Below, one piece after another: positions 14,130 to 16,376 of a stretch of DNA of 16,376 nt. Made by a program: the position numbers and the translations under genes. Under the pieces are notes generated by a model. That model did no database searches. It saw only the letters and a list, made by a program, of their open reading frames with translations, and was not told the origin of the DNA. How positions within the stretch are numbered: position 1 is the stretch's first letter; each line of letters starts with the position of its first letter. Origin of the DNA: a candidate division WOR-3 bacterium (GTDB lineage: Bacteria > Hydrothermota > Hydrothermia > LBFQ01). The DNA lies in contig JALUCS010000035.1 of the NCBI GenBank assembly GCA_027050205.1, positions 1 to 16,376 of the forward strand, given 5' to 3'.

Positions 14130-15419
14130 CTATCGCCCCGCCTTAAGGCGGGGCCTTTTTTTTAACCTCTCAACCTCTCTACGGAAGACCTCGGAACGGT
14201 GTTTGTAGTTTCTGAACATATCAAAGGAGGCGCAGGCCGGGGACAGGAGGACGGGTAGGCCCCTCTCCTTCGCCTCTCGGTAGGCCATCTCAACGGCCTC
14301 GCGGTAGTCCAACGCCTCGTGGACGGGGACGAGGTCCCCGAAGAGGGAGGTTATCTCCTTCCTGTTCCTACCGACGGCTACTATGATGGCGGCCTTCTCC
14401 CTTACGTCCTCCCTAAGGACGGAGAGGTCCAGGCCCTTATCGTCCCCACCCATTATGAGGACGACCCTTCCGGAAAAGGAGGCCAGGGCGGCGGCCGTCG
14501 CTCCGGGGTTGGTACCCTTGGAGTCGTCGTAGAACTCAACCCCCTCTATGCTCCCCACCAACTCCACCCTGTGGGGAAGCGGCCTCAAGTTGGGGAGGTT
14601 GGGGAGGACGGTTTCGGGGTCCGAGAGGGTTAAGGCGGCGGCCAGGGCCATAGCGAGGTTGTAGAGGTTGGGGACGCCCCTTAGGTGCCTCGGAACGGTT
14701 ATCTTACCGTAGGGCGTGAAGAGGTGTTTCCCGTCCCCGTAGTACGTCGCCCTTGGATCCTTTAGGCTCACGGTTAGGACCTCGCCCCGGCTGTGTCTCC
14801 TAAAGGTGGGGTAATGGGGGTCGTCCAAGTTGAAGACGGCGACGTCCCTGTCCGTCTGGTTCTTCAGGATCCGCAGTTTGGCCTTCAGGTAGGCCTCAAA
14901 GGAGCCGTGCCAGTCCAGATGGTCGGGGGAGATGTTGGTTATTACGGCCACGTCGGGGCGGAAGCGGCGGGTGTAGTGGAGCTGGAAGGAGGAGACCTCC
15001 AAGACGAACACCCCCTCCCTGAAGGCCAGGGCCGATACCGGCACCCCCCAGTTCCCCCCGATGAAGCTGCCGGGAAGGAGGCCGTGGGTGAAGTGGGCGA
15101 CCGTAGATTTACCGTTGGTGCCGGTTATGGCCACCACCCTACCCCGGAGGTAGTGCCACCCAACTTCAAACTCCGATAGTACGGGGATCTCGGAGGCCTC
15201 CGCCCTCTTTAGGATGCGGTTGTGGGGAGGGATACCGGGGGATGGGGAGAGGAGATCTGCCCCCAGGATGCGGTAGGTGTTATCCCCCCATTCGTCTGCC
15301 TCCCAAGAGGAGAGGTCGGAGACGAAGGCCTTCCCCCCTACCCTATCAACGAGCCTCCTCAAGGCCCTCCCCGTCCGGGCGTACCCAAGGATACCGACGT
15401 ACTTACCCTCAAGCCTCAA
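14130..15419 (-). CDS. murD: UDP-N-acetylmuramoyl-L-alanine--D-glutamate ligase
   Basis: SPGIP, AITGTNGKST, VLEVSSFQL, NISPDHLDWH, LPHRVE, DDSKGTN, LIMGGDDKG, LLSPACASFDMF. TTG start. Confidence 0.96.
   Translation of the reverse strand: MRLEGKYVGILGYARTGRALRRLVDRVGGKAFVSDLSSWEADEWGDNTYRILGADLLSPSPGIPPHNRILKRAEASEIPVLSEFEVGWHYLRGRVVAITGTNGKSTVAHFTHGLLPGSFIGGNWGVPVSALAFREGVFVLEVSSFQLHYTRRFRPDVAVITNISPDHLDWHGSFEAYLKAKLRILKNQTDRDVAVFNLDDPHYPTFRRHSRGEVLTVSLKDPRATYYGDGKHLFTPYGKITVPRHLRGVPNLYNLAMALAAALTLSDPETVLPNLPNLRPLPHRVELVGSIEGVEFYDDSKGTNPGATAAALASFSGRVVLIMGGDDKGLDLSVLREDVREKAAIIVAVGRNRKEITSLFGDLVPVHEALDYREAVEMAYREAKERGLPVLLSPACASFDMFRNYKHRSEVFRREVERLKKRPRLKAGR
14135..14163 (+). terminator. 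Intrinsic terminator of sodA, lying within the 3' end of murD on the opposite strand
   Basis: GCCCCGCC-TTAA-GGCGGGGC (14135-14154), then C and T8 (14156-14163). Confidence 0.88.
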
Positions 15420-15425
15420 GGGAGG

Positions 15426-15431
15426 ATTTTA
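15426..15431 (-). promoter_or_regulatory. -10-like hexamer TAAAAT, 6 nt upstream of murD TTG
   Basis: Minus strand reads accgTAAAATcctcccTTG; no SD. Confidence 0.6.
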
Positions 15432-15448
15432 CGGTGAGAGGACGCCTA

Positions 15449-15709
15449 TCACCTCATAGGGGCCAACTCCTCGCTGAAGTTATACATCACGATGGGGCCG
15501 GGGTGGTGGCGATGACCACCCTCGGTGGAGCCTTCCCTTATGTAAAGCTCCGAACCGAAGATCTCGTAGAAGAGCCTCTCGCCGAGGTCCCTGTACTCCG
15601 GAAAGGAAGCGACGAACTTGGTAAAGAGGTCCCTGGCGCACACCTCGCACCCACCGTCCGCCTCCGCCATGATCCGCAGAACCCTTTCGGCCTCATCCCT
15701 CGTCATCAC
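15449..15709 (-). CDS. Small hypothetical protein with a DGGCxxC motif
   Basis: (M)MTRDEAERVLRIMAEADGGCEVCARDLFTKF. Codon usage resembles neighbouring genes, it has its own TAGAAT, and the start is GTG 15709 or ATG 15706. Confidence 0.7.
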   Translation of the reverse strand: MMTRDEAERVLRIMAEADGGCEVCARDLFTKFVASFPEYRDLGERLFYEIFGSELYIREGSTEGGHRHHPGPIVMYNFSEELAPMR

Positions 15710-15715
15710 GTTGCA

Positions 15716-15721
15716 ATTCTA
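15716..15721 (-). promoter_or_regulatory. -10-like hexamer TAGAAT, 6 nt upstream of GTG 15709 (9 nt from ATG 15706)
   Basis: Minus strand reads cctTAGAATtgcaacGTGATG. Confidence 0.6.
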
Positions 15722-15809
15722 AGGACGATGGTATCTCCCCTGTGGAAGCGGTGGTCGTCCCAACGGCAACTTACTCAACACGTCCGTACCCCTACCCCTC
15801 CCGCCACCG

Positions 15810-15815
15810 TATAAT
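15810..15815 (+). promoter_or_regulatory. -10 hexamer TATAAT, 9 nt upstream of nuoI ATG
   Basis: accgTATAATccccgtctcATG; no SD. Confidence 0.65.
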
Positions 15816-15824
15816 CCCCGTCTC

Positions 15825-16376
15825 ATGGTGGAAGGAATAAAGGCCATTCTAACCGGCATGGCTATAACCTTCAAGCACTTTGTGAAGAACGTCGCCAACA
15901 ACAAGTTCACCGTCCAGTACCCCTTCCAGAGGAAGGAGCTGCCGCCCAGGGCCAGGTGGGCGCTCGGCCTTCAGGGTAGGTGCGTCGCCTGCCAGCTGTG
16001 CGAGGCCATATGCCCCACCGAGGCCATATACATAGAGGGGGTGGGTAAGGACGGCTCCAACAGGACGGCGGGGGTGTGGCTCTGGGATGCGGGGCGGTGC
16101 ATGTACTGCGGCCTCTGCGTTGAGGCCTGCCCGGAGGAGGTTATCGTGATGACCAACCAGTACGAGCTGGCGGTGGATGACCGCACCGACCTCATCTGGA
16201 ACAAGCAGAAGCTCTACAAGAACAAGAAGGACACCTACGGCCCCAAGCCCACCTTCGCTTGGATGGGGTTCTACCGTCGCCTGAAGGACATGGGAACCCC
16301 CGTCACCATCGGCGGGGTCTTCAAGGCCTGGAAGGACTACATCAACCCCTACTTCCGTAAGAGGGGTAAGGGCTTC
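15825..16376 (+). CDS. nuoI: NADH-quinone oxidoreductase subunit I-like 2x[4Fe-4S] protein; 3' end runs off the window
   Basis: Hand translation: MVEGIKAILTGMAITFKHF...FTVQYPFQRKELPPRAR...CVACQLCEAICP...RCMYCGLCVEACP...MTNQYELAVDDRTDLIWNKQKL, open for 184 codons to the edge. Not in the ORF track. Confidence 0.88.
   Translation, partial: MVEGIKAILTGMAITFKHFVKNVANNKFTVQYPFQRKELPPRARWALGLQGRCVACQLCEAICPTEAIYIEGVGKDGSNRTAGVWLWDAGRCMYCGLCVEACPEEVIVMTNQYELAVDDRTDLIWNKQKLYKNKKDTYGPKPTFAWMGFYRRLKDMGTPVTIGGVFKAWKDYINPYFRKRGKGF

Noticed and set aside
15723..15760. Inverted repeat GGACGA...TCGTCC in the divergent intergenic region, as a possible ncRNA or riboswitch
   Set aside because: Only 6 bp with a long, poorly pairing interior, which is expected by chance at this GC content. 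No known RNA motif was recognised.
15719..16204. Minus-strand ORFs 15719..15910 and 15971..16204
   Set aside because: They are antisense to the clearly recognisable nuoI frame.
1..16376. Apparent scarcity of some 4-bp palindromes (GATC, CTAG, TCGA) as support for restriction pressure
   Set aside because: This is an impression by eye only. It needs an exact count against a Markov background and could reflect codon bias.
1..16376. CRISPR arrays, tRNA/rRNA genes, IS elements or prophage
   Set aside because: No spaced direct repeats, cloverleafs, transposase or integrase motifs were seen, and intergenic gaps are all under about 120 nt.

Overview
Gene-dense, roughly 60% GC bacterial chromosomal region. 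AGG/ATA-rich codon usage suggests a thermophile; lipoproteins and FlgD/T9SS-like C-terminal domains suggest a diderm, possibly FCB-related such as WOR-3 (inference only). It holds about 21 CDS. Housekeeping genes are gpsA, rpmA, sodA, murD, nuoI (partial) and a HIT hydrolase. The others include an orphan HsdR_N-type nuclease with a SeqA-like C-terminal domain, a degenerate YchF-like protein, several lipoproteins and likely exported proteins, a CPBP protease, an O-antigen ligase-family protein and a PD40 propeller protein. Two genes running off the edges (<1..743 minus, 15825..>16376 plus) are missing from the ORF track and were translated by hand. The strongest non-annotated signal is a TANAAT (-10-like) hexamer 6-9 nt upstream of the start codon of 13 genes, mostly without a clear Shine-Dalgarno. 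This points to widespread leaderless or near-leaderless expression. It coincides with broken-up operons, forced TTG starts and unusually short N-terminal hydrophobic leaders on apparently exported proteins. No tRNA, rRNA, CRISPR array or mobile element was seen.
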